In this document: positions 11,085 through 23,410 of the stretch, piece after piece | How the letters are laid out: every line of letters starts with the position of its first letter | Position numbering within the stretch: the stretch's first letter is position 1 | From: Haliotis rubra | Lineage: Eukaryota | Reading direction: 5' to 3' | DNA: 64,000 nucleotides | NCBI RefSeq assembly: GCF_003918875.1 | Contig: NW_025764940.1 | Coordinates: 186,001 to 250,000 of the forward strand | Position numbers and translations under genes: made by a program | Notes under the pieces: generated by a model | Told to the model about the DNA's origin: nothing | The model's database searches: none | Seen by the model: the letters and a program-made list of their open reading frames with translations, nothing else

Positions 11085-13558
11085 CAAACCGAAACATGAG
11101 TCTCATTAACCAATACAGACAATGACCTACTTTTCAGCCGATCCTAATTTTCTCGTGTGCAATTGAAAAGAAACTCTACAATCAACTATGAATTCGAATT
11201 ATTTGCTTCATAAGAAAATGGGATTTACAAGTTAATCTTAATGTTAGAGTTTAATAAAATCGTATTTCTACATTTTATGTCGAGGTTTAGTTAGCATGTC
11301 ATTAACTAAGACGTCGCAGACTGCCCATGTTTGAAGAGGTCGTATATAATTCACAATTCATCTGTCACACTGGTTACACCTGTTTGTGCTATTTTGCGCT
11401 TATTAAATGCATTTTTGTAACATTACGAAAAACATTGAGTACACATCAGTCTCGTTTCTTGCTGACTGGGTTCCGTCCTATTGCGCAACTTAGTACAAAA
11501 ACCAGTTCAGAATTCATTCAACTTGATATATAGATATTAATCAGTATTATTTGATAAGTGTAATCACTTGTATATTGCAACACTACGCTCCTTCTAACCC
11601 TTGCAAACACGTCGTGGTCGTGCAGCGTTCTCTGTCGTACAGCGTGCTCTGACAAACGGAAAACTGGAAATCGAGAGAATCTCAGATCGAGGCTCGGCCG
11701 TTAGACAAGTTTGGCGGTCTGGTGCGGTCTTGATATTATATCAGTCACATTGTACGTTACAAAAATACACTTAATAAAGGCAAAAAAAACACTATAACAG
11801 TTGTAACGAGTAAGCCAGATGAATAGTGAATCATTGTGCTACCTCTTGTAACAGGGGCAATCTGTTACGTCTTACACCCCCATTCCACTGACCATCGGAA
11901 CCTCATCTGAAGCCGATCTGATCCCAATTATGTTACAATTTTGGCATTCCGATGAGTTCAGATGAAAATTGACTCGATATCCTTTTTGGGTGGACCCCTT
12001 TTCCGCAAAATCAGATACAGATCCAACATTGATCGGATTAATCGGATGAAAGACTGGTAGAGGCCCGATGTCTGTCCGACATATTCATTGGCGGCGTCCG
12101 ACTGATCCAATTGCGGTCGGATTGTAAACCGAGGGTGACCTGACACTAATCTGACACTTCAAATACTCTCCCCACACCAATCCGACAAATCGGTTACTAT
12201 TCGTTAGGTAATCCGACACTGACCAAATGCTGGTCGGATTTGTCGCCACAATCGGCAGTCGAGCGTAAACACGGGCTGCACCTCCTGACGGTACTAGTCA
12301 TGGATCAACTCCCTCGCAACGCTGCAGCCCTGGGCTTTGTTTTATGCTGCAGCAACAAACTATGCAACAAGATGCAATGACCCTTGAGGTCTTGAGAAGG
12401 AATAGAAGACCACGTCGCTGTTGGGTTCGACCATGACTGCAAGCTGATAGAAGGATAATATACGGGCACTACATCAGACTAATGAATGAACTGAGAATGG
12501 AGGATACAACGACATTCTTCAATTTCTTGAGAGTTAGGCCAGTATTGTTTGATGTACTACTCCAGAGCCTCGCACCAAGACTCGCGAAGGCTGATACCAA
12601 TACTCTTGAGAGCTCTTGAATCTGGTCTGAAGTTAACCTGCACCCTAAGGCACCTTGCAGTCGCTTCTTTGCCTTCTCTCCCCGAACATTTCAGTTCTTT
12701 CTTGGATCCATCTTCAGGATCTTGGTGTTCGATGAAAATCTGCTGAGTGAGTGTCGGCTGACCCTCCTTTGTAGTCCGTTGACCGTCAGATGTCACCGCT
12801 TGCTATGCTATGTCGGATGGCAGTTGAGTTAATGAGCGCTTATCCTCCGACGTCACAACGGGTTGCAATCAGTCGGTGCTAAATCACCCTCCGATGAGTT
12901 GAATTGGTGATGGGCGGCTATCATTCGCGTTCGGCAGACTGCAGATGGCAATCAGATGAGCGTCAGATGACTGTTAATCATCGGACACTTATCCGATTGC
13001 CGTCAGACGTCGGCTTGACACGTCCGATAGTTGCACAACACGAATCTGACACATATCGGACTGACTCGACATTCATCCGACATTGACTCGATTTTTTGCA
13101 ACCGGAAATAGCGTCCGATGGCGAACTAAGCTCTGAGCTGAGTTCCTTCATTGGACGATTTTGCCTCGTCGGATCACGCCCGACACGTCGGACACTCACC
13201 TGATAGTCGACAAACACAAATCGGATTCATCGGACTGTGGTACGATACTCTTCCGTGGGTTACCGGATGGAAAAATCTTTGCTTCCGATGAATGACTGAT
13301 GAGCCAGAAATCTCTGTGGAATGGGGGTGTTAGTTAACGAACGACATACTGACTAAACCTCGACATAAGAAATAGACATACGATTTCATTAAACTTTAAG
13401 ATTAATTTGTAAATGCCATTTTCGTATGGAACAAGGAATTGGAATTCAGTGTAACCATAGTTGCTTGCAGTGTCTCTTTTCACTTTCACTCGAGAAAAAT
13501 CGGATGGGCTGAAAAGGTCATTGTCTGAATTGGTTAATGAGACTCTTGTTTCGGTTTG
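11085..13558. mobile_element. Foldback/MITE with about 225-bp inverted arms, hosting the Harbinger element
   Basis: 11085-11315 is the reverse complement of 11867-11874 plus 13330-13558 (CAAACCGAAAC...GTTTCGGTTTG). Confidence 0.75.
11875..13329 (+). mobile_element. PIF/Harbinger DNA transposon, internally deleted
   Basis: TIR CACCCCCATTCCAC / GTGGAATGGGGGTG with TTA TSD on both sides. Decayed transposase N-terminus at about 12390-12660 (RRPRRCWVRP*L...YGHYIRLMNELRMEDTTTFFNFLRV...FDVLL...LESGLKLTCTLRHLA). Confidence 0.9.
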
Positions 13559-13751
13559 ATGATTTAATTAACCAAGGCGACTTCATGTAACCATAACAAC
13601 CGACAGCAGGTAAATAATGCTGACCAAATGGAACGCCTATATATGATAAGCATGTTCCTGGAAGTTTCAAACGCTTTCGATATGAATTAGCTTAACGGAC
13701 TCATAGAAAAACCCTAAAATGGCGTAGTTATATCTAATTTCTCTTCATTGG

Positions 13752-13908
13752 AGTAAGTGAGATTAATTTTACACTGCTTGTAGCAATATGATAGCAAGAC
13801 GGCGGGCGACACCAGAAATGGGCGTCACCCATTGTGTCATGTTTGGAATCGAACCCGGGTCTTCGGCGTAACGAGCGAACGCTTTAACCACTTGGCTACC
13901 CACCACCT
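13752..13908 (-). mobile_element. SINE-A copy
   Basis: Matches the SINE-A consensus. Further degenerate or partial copies at about 18088-18220(-), 23470-23558(+), 40192-40280(+, TSD TCCACAACACTC), 41085-41170(+) and 41365-41532(+). Confidence 0.8.
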
Positions 13909-14569
13909 CACTCTTCGTTGGAAATAGAAATGGGCAGATACAGTAGTCCCCCTATTCCTCCACCAGAAAGTTAATGTAAAATTTGTATTGATGAAGTGCG
14001 TCGATGTTATAGTGATATTCCTCTCAATGAATAACAGGTTTTTAATTAATAATCGAGCTTTTGTTAATAATACACCAGATGGAACACGTAATCAATTAAT
14101 GCATGCGTCAGCTACCCTTTATTAAGGTATAATAAATTTTCAAATATGTAGACGACAAACGCACGTTTCAAACGTTTAACTACGCAATTTTTACCAACTT
14201 TGTACATATTCTTTTACATTTACTATTCATTTCACAATTATGTAAATATATATAATATTCTAATGCATGTTTTAGTGAACAGTGTATCGTCGGAATATAA
14301 TAACCTTGCATAAAACTATATGCGTATACCTACAATTTATATAAGGCACGTACATTCTGTGTGACATTTAAGGGATGTGTTGTTGTCACCCAATTGATAT
14401 GTCCTGGGGAGGTAGGGGTGTCATCAATTTTGCACACATGCACAAGGGGTGGAGGTGAGCAATGTTTTTTTGTGCATGACTTGCAGAGGGTCACTTTGTA
14501 TATAACACTAAGGGTTTTCTTTCACATTGTACATGCTTCTCAATAAAAATTGTCATCTATATCACCAAC

Positions 14570-15560
14570 TAGATCAGCCACACGCACACAGCAAGGCACC
14601 GCACTCATATCCCTACAGGCATTAGCCGGCGAGACTCCAACTGCATACTCCATGAACAGCTGACAATAATATTCTGGGCATACTCCCATATAACCCATGA
14701 ATCATAAACGAGTCATTTTATACACTAAAACAAACCCGAAACAAGCAGTTCATCCATTCCGTCCCCCAATAAACCACTGCATACTTGACTACCTAACAAA
14801 ATACTAATAACCTAAAACAAAACTACCAGCCATGAAACATCTTCAAACCTAAACTACAACAACAAAAAACAACAACAAACAACCAAACAAAAAACAAAAA
14901 CAACAACCCAAAAACAAACAAAAAACAACCAAATAAGAACAAATAACCCAAACACCACTAAAGCAATAACTCTAGGATACGAGTATTGACCTAATTAGTG
15001 CGACACAACGGGTCCTCTAGCCGGGGTTCATAACGCACTGGCTTCAACAGAAACATAGCACAACCTAATCACCAAACAACAAAATAAAATTATGATACTA
15101 CCTTACTAAATACCACCTTACCCTTTCAAAGCAAAACTGAATAAACGAACAAAGTTAATAAATCACACATAATCTATTTTTTTAGACAAACACATCCAGT
15201 TCCTTTGGATTTTTCCCCACGCCAAAGTGTTTGGTAAAAATCACGCCGACCTAATAGCCAAAGTGACCCTCAACCTATGACAAATAAACGTAAATGCACC
15301 CTAAAATAATTACTAAAATTCTAATCCTGATCTGCAATACCCACTCATGTATTACATTGCAGTACTACATACACCAAAATAATATTACCTCGGAGATCAC
15401 TCTCAAGAAACACTTCACTATATTTGCAATCACCCCTGATGCTTTTAAACAATACTTTTAAATCCATAAGGCATCTTATAATTTGAAACTGTCCTTCTCC
15501 ACCGGACATAATTACACCCAAAATAGCACTAACGTTCTAAAAGCCTACATACCCCTTCCA
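14570..15560 (-). other. Strongly strand-skewed segment; possible decayed mitochondrial insertion (nad5 3' part / nad6-like)
   Basis: The + strand is very G-poor and C/A-rich. The minus strand in invertebrate mitochondrial code gives broken hydrophobic frames with LKVLFKSISGDCKYSEVFLESD, ISSAWFLPN...KKMDYVWF and W...FVLVY...MGYMGVCP. Confidence 0.3.
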
Positions 15561-16344
15561 TCTTGAACGCACTGCTTATCATAACGGTGTTCATTAGCAC
15601 GTCATTTTGGGTTTTGTTGTCCATATATTTTTCTCTCTAAATGTTTAGTCGTATACATGTTATGCTTTGGTATCAGTGTGGACAGACAAACTCATCTACT
15701 TTAGTTTTTTGTAACTGCTTTTATCAAACACTATGTAGACATTTCTAATGTATTTCTAGCCATTTAAGCCATTATAGGATATTGTACATATCTTTTCATC
15801 ACGTGTTTTATTTGGTATTTAGATCTGCACTATTGGTTCAGTAGTGTGCTAAAGATAAGATTAAAGATAGATTAAAAAGAGGTACTAATAACGATGACAG
15901 CAAGAGCTGAGTTGACACACGCAGAAACATGTTAACTAAACCCATCCTAAAAACATTGGACTAAGGACCCCCTAGTATCACATTGTGTAATCTTGTAAGA
16001 TCTCAAGAAATATGTTATTCAAAGACTAATATGTATTAGCTAAAAATCATAAACGACTTTAGAAAAATATATATTATTCCGAAGACATGAATTTTATAAC
16101 AAATAGTGAATGCTTTATCCCAGAACATATATAAGAAACAAGAACCAACAATGCTTGAATTGATGTGTTACTTACTCGTACATCACGTGCTGGGGTCAGT
16201 TTATAGAGAAAAGTGAACATTTTGCTATCGATTGGAAATAAACCAAAAGTTCTTTCCATGCTTTGAAAGAAATGGAATACAGTAATGAACGATTTTGTTG
16301 ATACTGATGGAAACTTAAGCAATATGTACTATAAACAACAAGTA

Positions 16345-17243
16345 TGGGAACACCCTCAAATTTGATAGTCATATATACACTTAAACGTGGTGAGGTCACT
16401 TATGCTCTAAGGTAAATGCAACTTTTTGTGTGCTTAATGGACACTTTAAACGACATGTTGGAACATGCAGTGAAGCAACTGATTCAACATTCGTTGAGTT
16501 TGAGTGAAATGAAACACTGAAACGACAAGGGTGCTGAAACACACCAGCACCATGTTTGATTCAAACACAACAGCTTAGTGCATGTGGAAAACTTCCCATG
16601 CAGCCTATGGCAACTGGACACTGGCAGTTGTGAATCGGTTCCGAAGGGCTTGGGCCTCCTTGATGCTGACCTTTTTGTATGTTTTGGTCTTCCAGAGCGA
16701 CGGCTGTTCTGTACTCTGCCAGTGGCCTGAAACCTGTCCCCCAGTCTGTGAATGACAGTCTGAGACACCTGTAGATGGAGAGCCACACTTCTTATGGATT
16801 CACCATCCTGTACCCATGCAATGACCCTGCTTCTGTTGTGGGCGCTTAACGGTCTGTTCCGTGGCATGGTGAAGAAGTTGTTAGGGGCTTCGATACTGTC
16901 AGTAGCTTCTTTTAAAGGAAACGTTGCCACAAGCTGCATGGGAAGTCTGTCTTCCACATGCACTAGGCAGTTGTCTTTGGTCGTTTGAATCAAACATGGT
17001 GCTGGTGTGTTTCAGCATCCTTGTTGGTTCAGTGTTTCATTTGGGCGTTTGAATCAAACATGGTGCTGGTGACATTGTTTTTAACAATGTTACATTTCAA
17101 TCAAACTCAACGAATACTGAGTCAGTTGCTTCACTGCATGGTCCAACATGTTGTTCAAAGTACCCATTAAGCACACAAAAAGTCGCATTTACCTTAGAGT
17201 ATAAATGACCTCACCACGTTTATCAAATTTGAGTTTGTCCCCA
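16345..17243 (-). mobile_element. Tc1/mariner deletion derivative with long (about 270-bp) inverted repeats
   Basis: Arms at about 16345-16615 and 16922-17243. The internal reading frame MPRNRPLSAHNRSRVIAWVQDGESIRSVALHLQVSQTVIHRLGDRFQATGRVQNSRRSGRPK (ATG 16867) is a Tc1 paired-like HTH plus GRPR motif. Confidence 0.88.
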
Positions 17244-18386
17244 TCCTTTAAAAGTGTTTGTTTGGAGTATGATTGCAAAACTAATTTTCGGGAAAAAGCA
17301 GGCATTATAAGACACATTGTAAACTTCAGTCAATATAGAAGGGAAAAGAATTATTCTTTATGTGCCAAATTGTATGTAAATGTTTACCTGTGTGTTGTCG
17401 TATACAGATCAAACTCGACATACACAATTGTAAATTGTGAATATATGAAATATGACGATAAAAAATGACAATGTATTGTCTTGTCCGTTCTCCTTCAATT
17501 TGTATCAGCTGTATGTACATGTAATGTGTACACTTCCACGCAATGCTTCGTCGTTACAGCTATGCAATTCCGCCTCATTGGTTGATTTGTTCTCTCATGT
17601 GCTCTCCTTCTCTCTCATGTTTTCAGGACAACATCCTTACGTCACCGGGCAGATACTTTTCCAACATGATACCATTCAGCAACTATAAGCATCGAGGAAT
17701 CACTTGAAAATAGTTGGTTGTTGTTAAACGCCGCACTCAGCAATATGTCAGCTATATTGCGGCTGTCTGTAAATAATCGAGTCTGGCCCAGACAATCCAG
17801 TGATTAACAGCAAGAGCACCCATCTACGCAAAGGGAAATGATGACATGTGTCAACCATGTCAGCGTGCCTGACTATCCGATCCTAATAGTCGCCTCTCAT
17901 GACAAGCATGGGTTGCTGAAGATCAATTTGCAACCCGGATCTTAACGGGTCGTCTCATATACGTAAAACACAGACCTACTAATCCTTTTAACCGGTTCTA
18001 CAATGTGCGCATAGAGCCCCTTGATATGAAAGAAAATGGCTTAGGAATATCTGAGTTAAAGAGATTTTAGATTTGGATACAGGATAAGTGAGTGAGTAGT
18101 GTTTTACACTCACGGCATGTAGCAAAAGAAATAGTTTTCACACATTCTCCCCATGTTGGGATTCGAACCAAGTCTTCGTCGTGACGAGCAAGGACTTTAG
18201 CCACTTGGCTACCCAACCGACTGCTATACAGGATGAAGGAATGATGAACGCGTATTTGAAATTGACACTTATAAAAACTGCAGCATCTCTATGTTTTCAG
18301 GGATATGATAAACCTTTAACGAAAAACCCTGGCTGCTGAACCTTTTGCCAACAACAGTTACTGTGCAAAACCGTACTTTCTCATTG

Positions 18387-18685
18387 GAGTTGAGTTGAGT
18401 TGAGTTGGGCTTTACGTCACATATGCATTATTCCAGCATTATAGTGACGAGAATAAGTCTGCGTTAATAAACATTGTAAGTACAGAGTCAAAATGAGTTT
18501 TATTTGAAAAAACTTATATTCATTACATTGTCTTTTAATGACAGAAAAAGGCATATCACTAAATTGAAAAGCAGGCAATTTGTTAGTCACATTACACAGT
18601 TACAATTTATGATACAGATCAACTTCCCTCAGGTAGTTCACTATCAGATGAGCGCTCACGCGGGAGAACAGATCTTTCAGATTTG
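18387..18685 (-). mobile_element. LINE 3' fragment, same subfamily as 38340-38920
   Basis: The reverse complement matches 38650-38920 (AAAGATCTGTTCTCCCGCGTGAGCGCTCATCTGATAGTGAA...), with a (GAGTT)n tail. Confidence 0.8.
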
Positions 18686-19842
18686 TTGCATCATAGTGTG
18701 AGTCGTGTAGGCAAAATAACATAACACAATATGAGAGTTAGAGGCAAACAGGTATATGGAAGATTGAGAGTAACCTAGAGCTGGCTGTGTGGTTTTGGTT
18801 AAAATTTAACGCCGCACTCAGCAATATTCCACCTATATGGGGGCGATGTATCGAGTCCGGACCAGACAATCCAGTGAACTACATCATCAACATCAATCTA
18901 CCCAATTGAGACTCGAACATGTGTCAACCCACTCCGCGAGCTTGACCGCCCGATCCCTTTAGTCGCCTCTTGTGACAAGTATGGGCCACTGAAGATCAAT
19001 TGTAACCTGGATCATCATGGGTAGGAGCTGTGTGAAGTATTCCGTGAAGTAACACATACGTTAGGCAAGGAACAATGGGTGATTTTTACACATTAGAAAC
19101 GCAAGGAATAATAAAAGGCATGAATACGTCCACCATTTCATTTAAAATAAAACAATAATTGTCCTCTAATCGTAATATTTGCACGTCCATATGTTACCAA
19201 GGAATGTGGGCTTTGGGTACTGATGGATGCCGAATCATGTTTACATTGGAGTAAATATGCGCAAGAGCTACTGTCCAGTTCAACATTCAGATGCCGGTAC
19301 ACAGATCTCATCCTCATCCAGCCAAACCAGTTTCGCGCCTACTTCCCGTCAAACGCGATCAGAAGTCAGAGACGATCCAAGGGAAACAACTCTTGTGCTT
19401 TTACAAGAAATATATCCCCTGCTCGAGAAAAGCGATTCATTCTCCCTCGCTGCAACATTGGGCCCAAACATCCGGTTCAGTCCAAAGGGTTATATTAGAG
19501 TACGCTGCTGCATCAGGCAAATATGAGACTATCTAAGCATATGTCGTCCAATTAGAAACATTAATCCAAATATATTGAAGCGCAATAGGGTATCATTATA
19601 TTATTCTAAAACGTACCGATCATTACGTCATTCTGCACGTAACTGTCGAATCGAATGTCCATCATACTTCCGGTAGAGTCCTAGGTTAGATTATGACTTT
19701 AGGAAGCGATTGTACATCTTTAAACTATTTCTCAAGTATATAGAGATTACTTTCATTACCTTACTGTCAGAATACGATATGTGCGTAAGCCCTATAGTTG
19801 TTAGAATCGTCAAACAGCGTAGGGATGACAGGTTGTTTTATG

Positions 19843-20035
19843 GGTGCCGCCATCTTTGTTTACGAATCTCTGGCATGGTCACGTGGTCACTGCAGCGGGT
19901 GCATTTCGATTGTGACGTCATTGTAATTAAGTATAAAAGGGAGACGCTACCGTAAAACTGCCTGCACTTTTCCAGGAAGCCTAAGCAGCTTTACAACTAT
20001 TTAAGCAGGACACCAAAACAAGTAAAGAGGTGAGG
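19843..20035 (+). promoter_or_regulatory. Pol II promoter-like cluster with a candidate first non-coding exon
   Basis: GCCATCTT (YY1-like), E-box CACGTG at 19880, CRE TGACGTCA at 19913-19920, TATAAAAG at 19932-19939, TTCCAGGAA (GAS-like) at 19970-19978, and donor GAG|GTGAGG at 20029/20030. Confidence 0.45.
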
Positions 20036-22669
20036 ATGGTAGAACAGTCACCAGGACTTAATACTTTATACAAGTAATTTGTAAATGTCAACCAGGACTT
20101 ATAAGAATTATATTGGGGAATTTCTGATTAGGATTCAGTCAGTTGGTACTATGTCACGATCGGGATGCACCGACTTTGAGTATTTGTTTTAAGTGTCTTT
20201 TAAAAGTGTATATATGTAAATATGTTATAATATTAATAAATTATTATTGTTGCTGAAATACATCTTATACGTTTTTATACAAAGTTTCTAGTTGTTGTTC
20301 CAAAAGTTTTGGAGTTATGGAAAGTATAAGTTTCGCGGGTTCAGAAACCAATGCTAAGTCTAGCCATTAGCAAACGTCAGCTAGCTAATTAATATGCAAG
20401 GGATATCGGGTCAGAGGTTAAAGGGCGGTCCTCCCCAGGAACTGACCAATCGGGAGCCAGTACTTTATTATGACAATATGGCTGACGTTTGCTATGAGCT
20501 AGACGCGAAGCATTGAAGTCTTCATTTCAAACGAATTACACGGAACACAATAGTTTACATATCACAAGTTAATTATCTTAAAGCGGATTCCCTACATTTA
20601 TCACTATTCAGCAATATATATTCTTGGAGGAACAAGCAAACTCATTAGTGTAATGCAAATTAGGGGGCGGAATTTTAGACATGTTTTGTAAACAAACTCG
20701 CGCTACCAGGTTATCAATGGGACTATGTAGATTCTACACTTGTACTTTCGCATGCACTAAGACACATATTTTAGTGACTGAGCATCGAATAGCATACCCT
20801 CCCCTGTTTGGCGTTACAATATGTATTTTTTAAAATCGTTTTAACATTTCTTTTCAGTTTGATTACTGCTTTTTTTTATTGAACGAGCATTATATTTTTG
20901 TGTTGGTTTTTTTTTCAAAACGAAAGGTAGTTGCTTGATGTTTTAATACATATCATTAAGCCGAAGATCCTATAATTTCATCAAAATATCTATAGATAGT
21001 GAATTCATTTTTTGCATGCTAAATATAAACATTTGCAGTAGGCTAGCCTAGAGCCGCGATGCGGTCCTATACAGTCAAGACATGACCCTGCATCGCGGCC
21101 GAGAACACCACCTTCATAAATCCTATTCAGGTTCTAGTGGCCGATTACCCCTCGTATTTTCTTGAGATTTTTTAAATATATTTCCTGTGGGTTTTTGACT
21201 GAAAAGTCGATATCGATGTACTCCCATATAATTGCCCTATACATACACCTAACTGTCATGTTTTTGTGATCATACATTTAGATATTAATGGGCCTGAAAC
21301 CCGTTGAGGTCTTGTTTTAACGATAGCATGTTGACATGTTGACATGTTGTGCGCATGCGCCAAATTTCTATAGTCCGTATCGGAAGACATTCTTCATTAG
21401 CGGTACGCAATACTTACTCTCGCCTCCCCTTTCGCGCGCTCGTACTTTGGGTGAATCACACTTAATGTATATTAAATTTATCTGCTTTTATGTCATAATT
21501 TACAGATTTTCCTTGCAGAGAGGATTCCATTCATATCTCTACAAAAGGATGTGTCCATGGGATCTAGCAGATTTATTAATATACAACGTAGAGCAAAGGA
21601 CACGTACAATATAGTATGGTTATGTAAAAAGGTCACAAATTTGACGTATTTACAGACTGTGTATGAGATATATTTTTCTGAATGATGTAGGTTTCAGGAG
21701 GTATGTTTTAGTTCGGTAGTATTATGGAGATAATTTTTTGTGCAGACGTAAGTTTTGTTGCAAGGTATATTAAATTCACAGGTGATTACATTTTTCTTTA
21801 AAGCCAAAAAATGATGTGATTCTATTCTAATTTTAGTTTAGTTCCGGATTTATTTTCTGTCTATTTTATAAGGTTGTGGCTCAATAGTTTTACCTGTGTA
21901 CATTCAAATAACAAACGAATGATATTTTCAGTTTCAGCTTTGCACAAAGAATATAAAGCATATGCTACAATTTTATATTTGAACATGTTTTTATCTGTTG
22001 TCAGCGTTCTATGAATAATATGGTGTTGGAATTAATTATCTGAACTTTGTCTTATTCGTTGTTCTTGACGGTAAATAGTTTTCCATCCAATTATATTTCG
22101 ATATTTCTGTATAAATATTAGTTTGCCATTGTTATTGACTATTTTTTTCCTTTAAGGCAACATCCTTTAAACAGCATCATAGATTAATCTGCATACTTTT
22201 CCCTCCATGTATAAAGTTCTGAGGTTACATGGATCGAATGGTTCTTCCAATATGCTATCAAATGATACAGATTATTTCCATATATTTTTTTTATAGATTT
22301 GATAAGATCTGTATGTTCTCAAAGAAATATAATTTAAAGGATATATTAGTAGAACAGAATGTTTTACTTTAGGAAAGTTATTAATATATGTTTAAATGTA
22401 TATGAAGACATATTTATTAGAAATTATCATGGTTATGAAATTTGTATTGTATCTTTTTTTAGACAATGGTGTTTATGGCGAATCAGCTGCGCGCGTTGTA
22501 CACAGTAAGATACATGGTAAACTATCCAACTGTTTATCTATCCAGGACATTATTCAAATGGTGAGTGAGTGAGTTAAGATTATAGTCAATATTTTAGCTA
22601 TATCGTGACTAAAACAATTCATTTATCACTCCCTCCACCCCACCCAACCCCACACCCCGGCATGTAAAT

Positions 22670-23110
22670 TTGTTTCCAGAGTCTTAACTCAAAAACCGTT
22701 CAATATTTTTCAACAAGAAGAAGATGATTTGACAGCTACTTAAAGTCCAACTTGATTTTTTAGACTAAGTCAGAATCGTTAACATGGAAACCGGGAAAAA
22801 TATGAATGTCGAAAATCCGCAAATAGTAAATGGAACTACTTTCTCATATATCTAATAAGTTCTGTTGAACACCCCTCCTTTTGAGACAATGTCCGAATCA
22901 TTTCCATGGAAACCGAGAAAAATAAAAATGACAATAATCTGTAAACATCAAAAGGCACCGCCTTAGGTTATGTTTGACATATCTACCAATTTTTGCTGAA
23001 AAATATCGAACGGTGTTTGAGTTATGCTCTGGAAACAAAATGATTACAAACGGACGGACGGACGAGGCGACGACGATATCCCACCGCATTACATGCCGGT
23101 GGGATAAAAA
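22670..23110 (+). mobile_element. Helentron-associated (HINE/DINE-like) element 3' end, nested in the MULE-like element
   Basis: (ACGG)n microsatellite followed by a terminal hairpin CCCACCGC...GCCGGTGGGA and TAAAAA. Confidence 0.55.
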
Positions 23111-23141
23111 TGCATATACATGTATCTACAAAACAGATCAA

Positions 23142-23410
23142 TCAAACTTTATCGATCAGATCAATTTCTTTTATAAAATCAATAATTAAATGACAGTTAA
23201 CATTATTAAAAAGATCTTTAACCGTTTTGGCACGGAAATATTTATCCTTTGTGATGGAAAAATAACAGTCAAGCAGGACATGTTTGACTGCGATTCTTTC
23301 ATCACGAGGGGCACAAAGTGGAGGATCCTCACCTTTTCGTAAATATTCATGCGTATATCTTGTGTGGCCAATACGACCTCTTCGCATAATAACCTCGTCA
23401 ACCGATACTT
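23142..23410 (-). mobile_element. LINE ORF2 C-terminal fragment (zinc-knuckle region of RNase H-containing I/Nimb-type LINEs)
   Basis: RRGRIGHTRYTHEYLRKGEDPPLC...IAVKHVLLDC...LFNNV...IIDFIKEIDL motif. Confidence 0.8.

Noticed and set aside
587-13663. Isolated STAT-like (TTCCTGGAA at 587 and 13655) and NF-kB-like (GGGAAAATCC at 2821) sites
   Set aside because: Short motifs expected by chance in 64 kb and not tied to a mapped TSS.
19223-19536. Three overlapping + strand ORFs
   Set aside because: No recognisable motifs or splice signals; explained by locally higher GC.
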